A DNA stretch of 64,000 bases, taken from assembly GCA_947628085.1 (NCBI GenBank), contig CANQYM010000009.1, positions 3,698 to 67,697 of the forward strand. Direction: 5' to 3'. How positions within the stretch are numbered: position 1 is the first letter of the stretch; the number at the start of each line of letters is the position of its first letter. This DNA comes from an uncultured Clostridia bacterium. Lineage in GTDB: Bacteria; Bacillota; Clostridia; TANB77; CAG-508. The notes beneath the pieces are model-generated. The model saw only the letters and a program-made list of their open reading frames with translations, did no database searches and had not been told where the DNA came from. Shown here one piece after another: positions 8,267 through 16,513 of this stretch. The position numbers and the translations under genes were made by a program.

Positions 8267-8956
8267 ATGTTTGCTTTTTTCAATATTTTAACTTTAGCCA
8301 AAGTAGTATTTGGTGTTGGATACATACAAAACAATAATTTATTTCCAGAGCCTCTTTCTCCAGAAGAGGAGAAAATGTATTTAGAAAAAATGAAAAATGG
8401 AGATGAGGGAGCAAGAAATATATTAATAGAAAGAAATTTAAGATTAGTAGCTCATGTTTCTAAAAAATATTCTTCAACAAATGTAGATCAAGATGACCTA
8501 ATTTCAATAGGAAGCATTGGCTTAATTAAAGGCATAAATAGTTTCAATCCAGAAAAAAACTTTAAACTTGCAACGTATGTCGCAAAGTGTATAGAAAATG
8601 AAATACTTATGTATTTGCGAACTAATAAAAAAAGAGCTTATGACATATATCTAAATGAACCTATAGGAAAAGACAAAGACGACAATGAAGTAACTCTTCA
8701 AGAAGTATTAGAAAATAATGAAAGAAATGTTGAAGAGGAAGTTGATTTAAAATGCAAAATAAAAACATTATATGAAAAAATGAAAAAGATTCTTAAAGAA
8801 AGAGAAAAAGTTATTATTGAATTAAGATTTGGGCTTAATGGAAAGAAACCTAAAACTCAAAAAGAGATTGCTAAAATGATGAATATAAGTCGTTCATATG
8901 TTTCAAGAATAGAAACAAAAGCAATTGGAAAATTAGCTAAAGAAATTAAAGAATAA
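8267..8956 (+). CDS. sigK: Sporulation sigma factor, pro-sigma-K-like (uninterrupted)
   Basis: Hydrophobic pro-sequence followed by YIQNNNLFPEPLSPEEE. RNLRLVAHV (sigma-K-like) rather than LPPPL/RLVVYI (sigma-E-like). Region 2 reads DLISIGSIGLIKG...CIENEILMYLR. Region 4 HTH reads TQKEIAKMMNISRSYVSRIE. Confidence 0.7.
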   Translation: MFAFFNILTLAKVVFGVGYIQNNNLFPEPLSPEEEKMYLEKMKNGDEGARNILIERNLRLVAHVSKKYSSTNVDQDDLISIGSIGLIKGINSFNPEKNFKLATYVAKCIENEILMYLRTNKKRAYDIYLNEPIGKDKDDNEVTLQEVLENNERNVEEEVDLKCKIKTLYEKMKKILKEREKVIIELRFGLNGKKPKTQKEIAKMMNISRSYVSRIETKAIGKLAKEIKE

Positions 8957-9092
8957 AATAATATAAGTTAAAATAGAGTCCATAAGCTAAGTATAGACTT
9001 AAAATAGATAGACAAAAGTAAATTGAAAACAAAATATTGAAAACCTTATTTTTATGATGTTATAATATTAAAAAAATTATAAAAGGAAAAAT

Positions 9093-9986
9093 ATGAAGTA
9101 TAAAAAACTACTAGAAGAATGTAAATTATGTCCTCATAATTGCAAAGTAAATAGATTAAATGGAGAAGTTGGAAGATGCAAAGCAGGTAGCAACGTAAAA
9201 GTTGCACTTGTAAATCTACATCATTTTGAAGAGCCATGCATTAGTAAAGAAAATGGTTCTGGAACAGTTTTCTTTTCTGGATGTAATATGAGCTGTAAAT
9301 ATTGTCAAAACTATAAAATAAGTCAAGAAATGCATGGAGAAGAAATTTCCATTCAAGAACTAGCAAATAATTTTCTAAAATTGCAAAATATGAATGCAAA
9401 TAATATTAATTTAGTTACTGGTGTGATGTATGTTCCACAAATAATTGAAGCAATTGAAATAGCAAGAAAAAATGGATTAAAAATTCCTATTATATATAAT
9501 TCAAGTGGCTATGAAAACGCTGAAACAATAAAACTTTTAAATGGATATATAGATGTATATTTGCCAGATATGAAATATTATTATGATGAACTTGGAAAAA
9601 AATTATCTGGTGTTTCAAATTATTTTGAAACAGCAAAACTTGCTATATTAGAAATGTATAAACAAGTAGGAGCTCCTAAATTTAATGAAAAAGGAATTAT
9701 AGAAAAAGGCCTAATAATACGCCATTTAATTTTGCCAAATCATTTGCAAAACACAAAAATGATTTTAAAGTGGATAAGTAAAAACATTAATAAAAATGTT
9801 TTTATAAGTATTATGTCACAATATTTTCCAACAAATAAAGCTTATGAAATAGAAGAAATAAATAGAAAATTAACAATAGAAGAAAATAATGAAATAAAAG
9901 ATTTTATAGAAAAATTAAACTTACAAAATGGATACATACAAGATGTGGAAGAAAATGAAGAGCAATATGTTCCAAAATTTAAATAG
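9093..9986 (+). CDS. Radical SAM protein (pyruvate formate-lyase-activase-like family)
   Basis: Radical SAM CxxxCxxC motif CNMSCKYCQN, plus an N-terminal Cys cluster CKLCPHNC. Confidence 0.75.
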   Translation: MKYKKLLEECKLCPHNCKVNRLNGEVGRCKAGSNVKVALVNLHHFEEPCISKENGSGTVFFSGCNMSCKYCQNYKISQEMHGEEISIQELANNFLKLQNMNANNINLVTGVMYVPQIIEAIEIARKNGLKIPIIYNSSGYENAETIKLLNGYIDVYLPDMKYYYDELGKKLSGVSNYFETAKLAILEMYKQVGAPKFNEKGIIEKGLIIRHLILPNHLQNTKMILKWISKNINKNVFISIMSQYFPTNKAYEIEEINRKLTIEENNEIKDFIEKLNLQNGYIQDVEENEEQYVPKFK

Positions 9987-10196
9987 ATTAAAATTTAATA
10001 GTATAAGTTTAATAAAATTTAGCAATAATAAAAACAAAAAAGAGGATTTCTTAAAAACCCTCAACAAATTAATTATAACATAAAAATTTAAATATATCAA
10101 GTTATAGTTTAATATGAAAAAGATATGAAAACAGAAGATAAAATTAGATAAACATATATTGCATTTATTAATCATATAAATTGATGAATTTTAAAT

Positions 10197-10225
10197 TTGA
10201 AATACAGATAGTTATGTGTTAATAT
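10197..10225 (+). promoter_or_regulatory. Candidate sigma-A promoter (extended -10) for the structured RNA
   Basis: TTGAAA, 17 nt spacer, TAATAT, with TG one nt upstream of the -10. Confidence 0.4.
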
Positions 10226-10232
10226 TAATCTA

Positions 10233-10451
10233 CAATATAAATTAAATATCAATTTTCCCTGCGTAGTGCGTATAGGCAGAATTTTTAGAACCTACAAAGT
10301 TTTGGATAAGGGAGCCTCATCTCTGAGTATGGCGTGTATGCTTACATTATATAGTAAGAAACCCAGGAATATTTAGGACGGCACCCACCTGTGTGAGTAC
10401 AGGTCCATAAAAATTCTTTTCACTTACGGCTTGAACGTGGGGTTTTTTTTG
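10233..10451 (+). ncRNA. Unclassified structured small RNA. Possibly 6S RNA (SsrS) or a cis-regulatory leader. The structured core is 10257..10442.
   Basis: About 43% GC by hand count in a ~27% GC genome, with no ORF. Long-range helices: 10257-10264/10435-10442, 10279-10287/10408-10416 (9 bp perfect) and 10310-10316/10380-10386. Local hairpins: 10341-10358 and 10387-10404. It ends in a hairpin plus U8 (10423-10450). Confidence 0.6.
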
Positions 10452-10493
10452 TTTAAATATAATTTTATAGAACAACATATTAATGGTTAACAA

Positions 10494-10522
10494 TTGAAAA
10501 ATTATGTAAATTATGATATAAT
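10494..10522 (+). promoter_or_regulatory. Candidate sigma-A promoter (extended -10) upstream of the GC-rich ORF
   Basis: TTGAAA, 17 nt spacer, TATAAT, with a TGn extension. Confidence 0.4.
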
Positions 10523-10618
10523 AAAAATAGCGTAATCATAAAACAAGGAGCAAAAAGCTCGCTCGTCCATACTATACAAAATAGGCGATGAGAAGTAAAA
10601 ATTGATTGGAGGTGCTTT

Positions 10619-11434
10619 ATGATTACTAGGCAACACGCCGCTCTGTTTGCAATGCAATTAGCTAGCAGATACGGCAACGACAGCGAAGGATTTAAGAAAC
10701 AATTTATGGACCGGATACCCTTTGTCCTTCTTCCAGATGCCATCAGGGCATACATTGCCCCGCGTCAGATGAGCCATTTCGAGAGAACACCTAACGCCAT
10801 AAACGTTTCCTGGATGGAATTTCCTTCCGAAAGAGTTTTGAAGGAACTGTCGAAAGAAACGGCTGGAGAAAGGGTTCGCCACAACCTCGCATGGGGATAT
10901 CTGAAGTGCGTTATCGGAGAAGACACAGCTCTCAGCATATTCGACCAACACAACTATGGGCATCGGCATTACCATGATCTTCGCATCCATATGCTCCAGG
11001 ATATCTGTTTGGATCGAATTTTGCGCGAGAATATGGTAGAAACCAGCCATCGATTTGACGACCACTTTGTGGTACGTCACAACCACAGCATTAGCATGAG
11101 AGGCGATCAGCTTCGTGCACAAATTGCTCTGTTTGAGGAGCTGGGTTTTATCTATCTCTGCGGAAAGGTATATGAGAGTACGGGTTTGGTGCTTGATGGC
11201 AATTGGTTTGACCGGTATGTTCTAGAGGCTTTGAAAAGGGCCTATCCAGAGGATCTGGCAGAAAAAACCTACAAGTACATCAAATTCTCTCCGGAACTGA
11301 GCCAGCGAATTAAGTCTTTGGATTTCCAAATCACAAGAAAAGAGCAAGAAAAGGTTGTTATCACGGAAGACCTTATCAATATTTTTGATATGCTCTATTC
11401 AAAGGCTGGCTGGTACACTTACCACGAGTTGTAA
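10619..11434 (+). CDS. Compositionally foreign ORF (271 aa): putative metal-dependent hydrolase resembling the Zn-dependent phospholipase-C-like family
   Basis: About 47-48% GC. It uses CGG/CGC/CCG/GCC/CTG codons that are nearly absent from neighbouring genes. SD GGAGG lies 7 nt before the ATG. The motif series H6...LLPDAI...SHFE...HDLRIHMLQD resembles the H / PD / SHF / HxxxD pattern of that family. This is recalled from memory and was not searched. Confidence 0.55.
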   Translation: MITRQHAALFAMQLASRYGNDSEGFKKQFMDRIPFVLLPDAIRAYIAPRQMSHFERTPNAINVSWMEFPSERVLKELSKETAGERVRHNLAWGYLKCVIGEDTALSIFDQHNYGHRHYHDLRIHMLQDICLDRILRENMVETSHRFDDHFVVRHNHSISMRGDQLRAQIALFEELGFIYLCGKVYESTGLVLDGNWFDRYVLEALKRAYPEDLAEKTYKYIKFSPELSQRIKSLDFQITRKEQEKVVITEDLINIFDMLYSKAGWYTYHEL

Positions 11435-11451
11435 TCCAATCAACCCAAACT

Positions 11452-11490
11452 ATCGGAACTGGCTTTTTGGCCGGTTCCGATACATTTTTG
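11452..11490 (+). terminator. GC-rich rho-independent terminator of the foreign ORF
   Basis: ATCGGAACTGGC / GCCGGTTCCGAT, a 12-bp stem with a TTTTT loop, followed by a T-rich tail. Confidence 0.75.
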
Positions 11491-11567
11491 TTAAATTTTA
11501 CTATTGATATATTGATTTTTTTTAAAACTTAGTTTATAATGTTTCAAGTAGCAAGAAAGGAAATATT

Positions 11568-12398
11568 ATGAACGAATCAAACGGAAGAAAAACACTAATA
11601 TCAGTAAAGGTATCAACTTTATTACTTATATTATTAGTGATAATTGTTTTAATTGTAATAGGAATAGTTATTGCAAATCAAACAAAAAAGAATAATGATG
11701 AAATAAATAATACAAAAGTTACAAATACACCTAGCGAAGAGCCTACGGAAAATAACATTGTAAGAGATAACTGGGAAGATGTTCAAATAGAAAATGATAG
11801 TTCTTATAATAGAGATTCATCTGTTAGTTCAAGATCTTCTGCACCAAGAGAGAAAATACAAGTTGTTTTATCAGATAAAGAAAATGTTGAAATAATACAT
11901 GAAAAAGAACCAGAGCCTGAGCCAGAAGTTGTTACAACACCAATTGAAGAAGTAACAATTTCAAAAGATATGGACTTAACAGTAAGAACAGGATTATCTA
12001 GAGATGATTTCATACTATTAATTTCTGGTGTGGAACAAGATACTTCAAATTTCTTTGAAGAAAATGCAGGATTAATATATGACTTATGTGAAAAATATGG
12101 ATTAAATGAAATTTTCTTTTGTGGATTAATTTCAGCTGAATCTGGTTGGACGATAGCTTCAAATCATAGAAGCACACATAATTATATAAGTTTAATGTCT
12201 GGAAGCGGATTAATTAGATTTGACTCAGTAGAAAGCGGATTAGAAAAAGCTGCTGAAACACTACATAACAATTACTTATATCCAGGCGGAAAATTTTATT
12301 ATGGACCAACACTTGCAGGAATGAAAACAAGATTTTGTCCAGCATCATCTACATGGGTAAATTTAGTTTATCAAAGAATGGCTCAAATTTTAAATTAG
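11568..12398 (+). CDS. Membrane-anchored cell-wall hydrolase with a C-terminal glucosaminidase-like domain
   Basis: N-terminal TM segment, a low-complexity linker (EPEPEPE), and C-terminal LISAESGWT...NYISL resembling N-acetylglucosaminidase (LytD/FlgJ-type) domains. Confidence 0.5.
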   Translation: MNESNGRKTLISVKVSTLLLILLVIIVLIVIGIVIANQTKKNNDEINNTKVTNTPSEEPTENNIVRDNWEDVQIENDSSYNRDSSVSSRSSAPREKIQVVLSDKENVEIIHEKEPEPEPEVVTTPIEEVTISKDMDLTVRTGLSRDDFILLISGVEQDTSNFFEENAGLIYDLCEKYGLNEIFFCGLISAESGWTIASNHRSTHNYISLMSGSGLIRFDSVESGLEKAAETLHNNYLYPGGKFYYGPTLAGMKTRFCPASSTWVNLVYQRMAQILN

Positions 12399-12410
12399 TT
12401 TTGATAAATA

Positions 12411-12447
12411 AAGAAGTATGTTTCCTAAAAAGCATACTTCTTTTTGT
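12411..12447 (+). terminator. Rho-independent terminator
   Basis: Stem AAGAAGTATG / CATACTTCTT followed by a T-run. Confidence 0.7.
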
Positions 12448-12543
12448 ATTTCATAAGAAAGGATCAATCAATTAAATTAATAATTTAAATTTATTAAATA
12501 ATTTATTTATTAATATTTTGTACAATTGATTATATTTAAAAAA

Positions 12544-13437
12544 ATGAATATAAAAAATATATTAAAAAAAGCAACAGATATTTTAAAAGAAAATAATATT
12601 GAAGATTACAATTTAAAAATAAAGTTATTATTATCAAACATTTTAAATAAACCAAAAGAATATATAATGATTCATGAAGACGAAGAAATAGAAACTAGTT
12701 TAGAAAAAGAATTTTTTTCAAAATTAGATAGAATAAAAAATAATGAACCTGTGCAATATGTTATAAATTCTCAAGAATTCATGGGACTTAACTTTTTTGT
12801 AAATAATAATGTTTTAATACCACAACCAGATACAGAAATATTAGTACAAGAAATTATAGATGTTTCTAAGAAAATTACAAATAAAAAAATGAATATTTTA
12901 GATTTATGCACAGGAAGTGGAGCAATTATTATTTCATTAGCAAAAAAAATAGAAAATTGCAATTTCTTTGCATCAGATATAAGTAAAAAGGCTTTAGATG
13001 TTGCAAAAGAAAATGCTAAAAAACATAATGTAGATATTTCTTTTATAGAATCAAATATATTTGAAAACTTTTCAAATGACCAAAAGTTTGATATAATAGC
13101 AAGCAACCCACCATATATAAAGAGAGAAACTATAAAAACTTTGCCTAAAGAAGTTCAAAATGAACCTTTAATTGCTTTAGATGGTGGAATGGATGGACTA
13201 GATTTTTATAGAAAAATTATAAAAGAATCAAAAAATTATCTTAATAGTGATGGCTTATTAATACTTGAAATAGGATATGACCAAAAACAAGAAGTTGAAA
13301 ATTTATTTAAACAAAATGGATATGTAGAAGTATATTCAAAAAAAGATTTTGCACAAAACGATAGAATTGTGATAGGAAAATATAATAATAAAAGGAATAA
13401 AAAATGTCTTTTTCATCAGAAATTAAAGAGGAATTAA
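12544..13437 (+). CDS. prmC: Peptide chain release factor N5-glutamine methyltransferase
   Basis: SAM motif ILDLCTGSGAI and catalytic NPPYI. The ATG at 12544 is preferred over the TTG at 12526. The 3' end overlaps whiA by 34 nt. Confidence 0.85.
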   Translation: MNIKNILKKATDILKENNIEDYNLKIKLLLSNILNKPKEYIMIHEDEEIETSLEKEFFSKLDRIKNNEPVQYVINSQEFMGLNFFVNNNVLIPQPDTEILVQEIIDVSKKITNKKMNILDLCTGSGAIIISLAKKIENCNFFASDISKKALDVAKENAKKHNVDISFIESNIFENFSNDQKFDIIASNPPYIKRETIKTLPKEVQNEPLIALDGGMDGLDFYRKIIKESKNYLNSDGLLILEIGYDQKQEVENLFKQNGYVEVYSKKDFAQNDRIVIGKYNNKRNKKCLFHQKLKRN

Positions 13438-14264
13438 GTAAAGTAAATAATCTTAAAAATAAAGAAATTCTAGAAGCAGAATTTTTAGGATATATTCTAA
13501 CAGGAAACACTTTAAATAATAATGAAAATATAGAATTCATTACAGAAAACGAGTTCAACATAGAAAGATTTTATAAAATATTATTTAATCTTGGAATAGA
13601 TTATGAGCCAGATACAAAAGGAAAAGTGTTTGTTGCTAGAATAAAGAAAAATGAAAATTTAGAAAAATATATGCAAATAAAACTTAGCTCTAATGTTGAA
13701 ATACAAAAAGCAATTGTAAAAGGAGCTTTTTTAGGAGCAGGTTCTGTTACAGACCCTAATAAACAATATCATTTGGAAATTATTTTTCAAGAAAAAAATA
13801 ATGCAGAATATATTTTAAATATCTGCAATAGTTTTGATGTTCATTTAAAACTTTTAGAAAATAAGGGAAAAGTTTATTTATATATAAAAGATGCAGAAGA
13901 AATTTCAAAGTTTATGGCTTTACTTGGAGCAAATAGAGCAGTTCTATCTTTTGAAGATGTTAGAGTTACTAAAGAAATAAAAAATAATGTAAATAGATTA
14001 GTAAATTGTGAAACAGCGAATTTAAATAAAATAGTAAATGCTTCTGTGGATCAAATTAATGATATAAAACTTATACAAAAATTAAGAAAATTTGATGAAT
14101 TGCCGGATTATTTAAAAGAAATAGCAATACTTAGACTTGAAAATCCAGATGCAAGTTTAAAAACTCTTGGAGAAATGCTTGAAAATCCAATTGGAAAATC
14201 GGGAGTAAATCATAGATTACAAAAAATTCATGAAATAGCTGAAGAATTGAAAGAAAGGAAATAG
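13404..14264 (+). CDS. whiA: DNA-binding protein WhiA (sporulation/cell-division regulator)
   Basis: MSFSSEIKEEL start, LAGLIDADG-like degenerate domain, and C-terminal HTH ...SGVNHRLQKI. Confidence 0.9.
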   Translation: MSFSSEIKEELSKVNNLKNKEILEAEFLGYILTGNTLNNNENIEFITENEFNIERFYKILFNLGIDYEPDTKGKVFVARIKKNENLEKYMQIKLSSNVEIQKAIVKGAFLGAGSVTDPNKQYHLEIIFQEKNNAEYILNICNSFDVHLKLLENKGKVYLYIKDAEEISKFMALLGANRAVLSFEDVRVTKEIKNNVNRLVNCETANLNKIVNASVDQINDIKLIQKLRKFDELPDYLKEIAILRLENPDASLKTLGEMLENPIGKSGVNHRLQKIHEIAEELKERK

Positions 14265-14266
14265 TA

Positions 14267-15388
14267 ATGAATAGATTTGGAATTTATGTTCATATACCTT
14301 TTTGTAAAAAGAAATGTAAATATTGTGATTTCGTTTCTTTTTTTTGTGATGAGGAAAATCAAGAAAAATATATTTTAAAATTAATTGAAGAAATAAAATC
14401 AAAAAAAATAGAAAAAGTGGTAAATACAATATATATAGGAGGTGGTACGCCATCTTTTATAAACTCAAAATATATTGTTCAAATTTTAAATACAATTAAA
14501 GAAAATTTTAATATTTCAGAAAAAGCAGAAATTACAATTGAAGTAAATCCTGGAACAATCGCAAAAGAAAAACTATTAGACTACAAAGATGCAGGAATTA
14601 ATAGAATAAGTATAGGACTTCAAAGTACAGAAAATAGACTATTAGAATTAATAGGAAGAATACATACTTTTGGAGAATTTTTAAATACATATAATCTAGT
14701 AAAAGAAGTGGGATTTACAAATATAAATGTGGACTTAATGCTTGCACTTCCTACTCAAACAAATGAAGAACTATTAAATAGTGTAAATAAAGTAATAGAC
14801 TTAAAGCCAACTCATATTTCACTATATTCATTAATATTAGAAGAAGGAACACCACTTTATGAAAAAGTGCAAAATAAAGAATTAGAATTAATTGATGAAG
14901 AAACCGAAAGGAAAATGTATTGGAAAACTAAGAAAATATTAGAAAAAAATGGATATATTCACTATGAAATATCAAATTTTGCAAAAAAAGGTTTCGAGTC
15001 TAAGCACAACTTAGATTGCTGGAATCAAGAAGAATATGCTGGCTTTGGGCTTTCAGCACATTCTTACATAAATAATAAAAGATTTTCAAATACTACTAAT
15101 TTTGAAGAATATATTAATTCAGAAAAATTTGATGATATAGTAGAGCTTCACGAAGTACAAACAAAAGAAGGAAAAGCAAAAGAATATATGATGCTTGGCT
15201 TAAGAAAAATAAATGGAATAAGCATATCAGAATTTGAGAAAAAATTTAGAATAAATCCATTATTTTATTTTAGATTTGAAATAAGTAAACTTACAGAAGA
15301 AGGATTAATTGAAGTAGATTTAGATAATATTAAATTAACTAAAAAAGGTTTAGATTTAGCCAACAAGGCTTTTGAAGAATTTATATAA
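14267..15388 (+). CDS. hemW: Radical SAM heme chaperone HemW (HemN-like, oxygen-independent coproporphyrinogen oxidase family)
   Basis: YVHIPFCKKKCKYCDF, IYIGGGTPS and GINRISIGLQS. Confidence 0.9.
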   Translation: MNRFGIYVHIPFCKKKCKYCDFVSFFCDEENQEKYILKLIEEIKSKKIEKVVNTIYIGGGTPSFINSKYIVQILNTIKENFNISEKAEITIEVNPGTIAKEKLLDYKDAGINRISIGLQSTENRLLELIGRIHTFGEFLNTYNLVKEVGFTNINVDLMLALPTQTNEELLNSVNKVIDLKPTHISLYSLILEEGTPLYEKVQNKELELIDEETERKMYWKTKKILEKNGYIHYEISNFAKKGFESKHNLDCWNQEEYAGFGLSAHSYINNKRFSNTTNFEEYINSEKFDDIVELHEVQTKEGKAKEYMMLGLRKINGISISEFEKKFRINPLFYFRFEISKLTEEGLIEVDLDNIKLTKKGLDLANKAFEEFI

Positions 15389-15406
15389 AAAATGTAAAAA
15401 TTAGTA

Positions 15407-15435
15407 TTGACAAATCACAAATAACAGTATATTAT
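15407..15435 (+). promoter_or_regulatory. Sigma-A promoter of the hrcA operon
   Basis: TTGACA, 17 nt spacer, TATTAT, immediately followed by CIRCE. Confidence 0.6.
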
Positions 15436-15436
15436 A

Positions 15437-15463
15437 TTAGCAGTCAAACATCAGGTTTGCTAA
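15437..15463. promoter_or_regulatory. CIRCE operator (HrcA binding site), imperfect
   Basis: TTAGCAGTC-N9-GTTTGCTAA compared with consensus TTAGCACTC-N9-GAGTGCTAA. Confidence 0.75.
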
Positions 15464-15476
15464 AAGAGGTGATAGT

Positions 15477-16502
15477 GTGTCAGAGGATTTAGATAAAAGA
15501 AAAAAGAAAGTCCTACAAGCTATAATTGAAGAATATATTGAAACTGCCGAACCCGTAAGTTCTAATAATTTAGTAAAAGAATTAGAATGTAGTAGTGCAA
15601 CAATAAGAAATGAAATGGCAGAATTAGAAAAAATTGGTTTTATAGAAAAAACTCATACATCAAGTGGACGTGTACCTTCTCAAAAAGGCTACAGATATTA
15701 TGTTGATGAATTAATTAGAGATGATAAGTTAAGCAAAAAGGAAATGGAAATAATTCGAGATAGATTGTCAACAAAAGTAAACGACCTAGAAGACTTAACT
15801 AAAATTGCAACAACAACATTATCTGAAATAACTCATTATACAACAATAACAATTGGACCTGATGTAAATAATCACACAATAGTAGATATAAAATTTGTTT
15901 TACTTGGCAGTAGAGTTTTAATGGCAGTAATTCTTACAGATTCTGGAATTATTAGAGAATCAATAATAAAATTTGATGAAGACATTAATCAAGATCAAGT
16001 AGAAGATTTAACATATCTTTTTAGAAACAAATTAGTTGGAAAACCATTAGAACAGCTTAATGCACCTTTAGAAGATTTCATTATGACAGAAATAAAAACT
16101 GGTATAAATATCATAAAAAAAGTAATTGCGGAAATAAATAAAATAATTAGAGAATCACAGCAAATATACCTAGATGGAGCAAATAAAGTTTTTGATATGC
16201 CAGAATTTAAAAAAGTGGATGTAGCAAAAGACTTTTTAAATGTGTTAGATGCTAAAGACTTAGTTGCAGATGTTTTAAATACTGGTGTTGCAGAAGACAT
16301 AAAAATTTATATTGGCGAAGAAACAGAAAAAGAAGAACTTAAGAACTTCAGCATAGTAACATTTAATCACTTATTAGCAGGCAAAGACATAGGAACAATT
16401 GGAATTATAGGTCCAACTAGAATGGACTACTCAAAAGTTATTTCAGTAATGAAATATATAAGCAAAAAAATTAATGACGATTTCAAAAATGGAAAAATAT
16501 AG
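15477..16502 (+). CDS. hrcA: Heat-inducible transcription repressor HrcA
   Basis: RKKKVLQAIIEEYIETAEPVSS..L and SSATIRNEMAELEK.GFI.KTHTSSGRVPS..GYR.YVD. GTG start with SD. Confidence 0.95.
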   Translation: MSEDLDKRKKKVLQAIIEEYIETAEPVSSNNLVKELECSSATIRNEMAELEKIGFIEKTHTSSGRVPSQKGYRYYVDELIRDDKLSKKEMEIIRDRLSTKVNDLEDLTKIATTTLSEITHYTTITIGPDVNNHTIVDIKFVLLGSRVLMAVILTDSGIIRESIIKFDEDINQDQVEDLTYLFRNKLVGKPLEQLNAPLEDFIMTEIKTGINIIKKVIAEINKIIRESQQIYLDGANKVFDMPEFKKVDVAKDFLNVLDAKDLVADVLNTGVAEDIKIYIGEETEKEELKNFSIVTFNHLLAGKDIGTIGIIGPTRMDYSKVISVMKYISKKINDDFKNGKI

Positions 16503-16513
16503 GAAAGTGAGGA

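Noticed and set aside
9765-9780. DnaA-box-like AGTGGATAA
   Set aside because: It is a single copy with one mismatch, inside a coding region, and there is no cluster. It is not an origin.
10485-10512. dif-like sequence: TTATGTAAATT resembles the XerD arm of Firmicute/E. coli dif sites
   Set aside because: The left arm (GGTTAACAATT) lacks the required inverted CATAA/AGAA inner half-site. The match is most simply explained by AT-rich promoter sequence (TTGAAA-17-TATAAT).
10480-11122. Long minus-strand ORFs (10480-10755, 10658-11122, 10765-10953) opposite the GC-rich gene
   Set aside because: These are shadow ORFs opened by the locally high GC content, which leaves few stop codons. They have no SD, and the + strand ORF has an SD, motifs and a terminator.
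10233-11490. Retron, type III toxin-antitoxin or guide-RNA-nuclease style system (ncRNA plus effector)
   Set aside because: The adjacent ORF has no reverse-transcriptase, ToxN-like, RuvC/HNH or recombinase motifs. The RNA has no tandem repeats. Only a generic RNA-plus-hydrolase adjacency remains, and that is reported as a finding with caveats.
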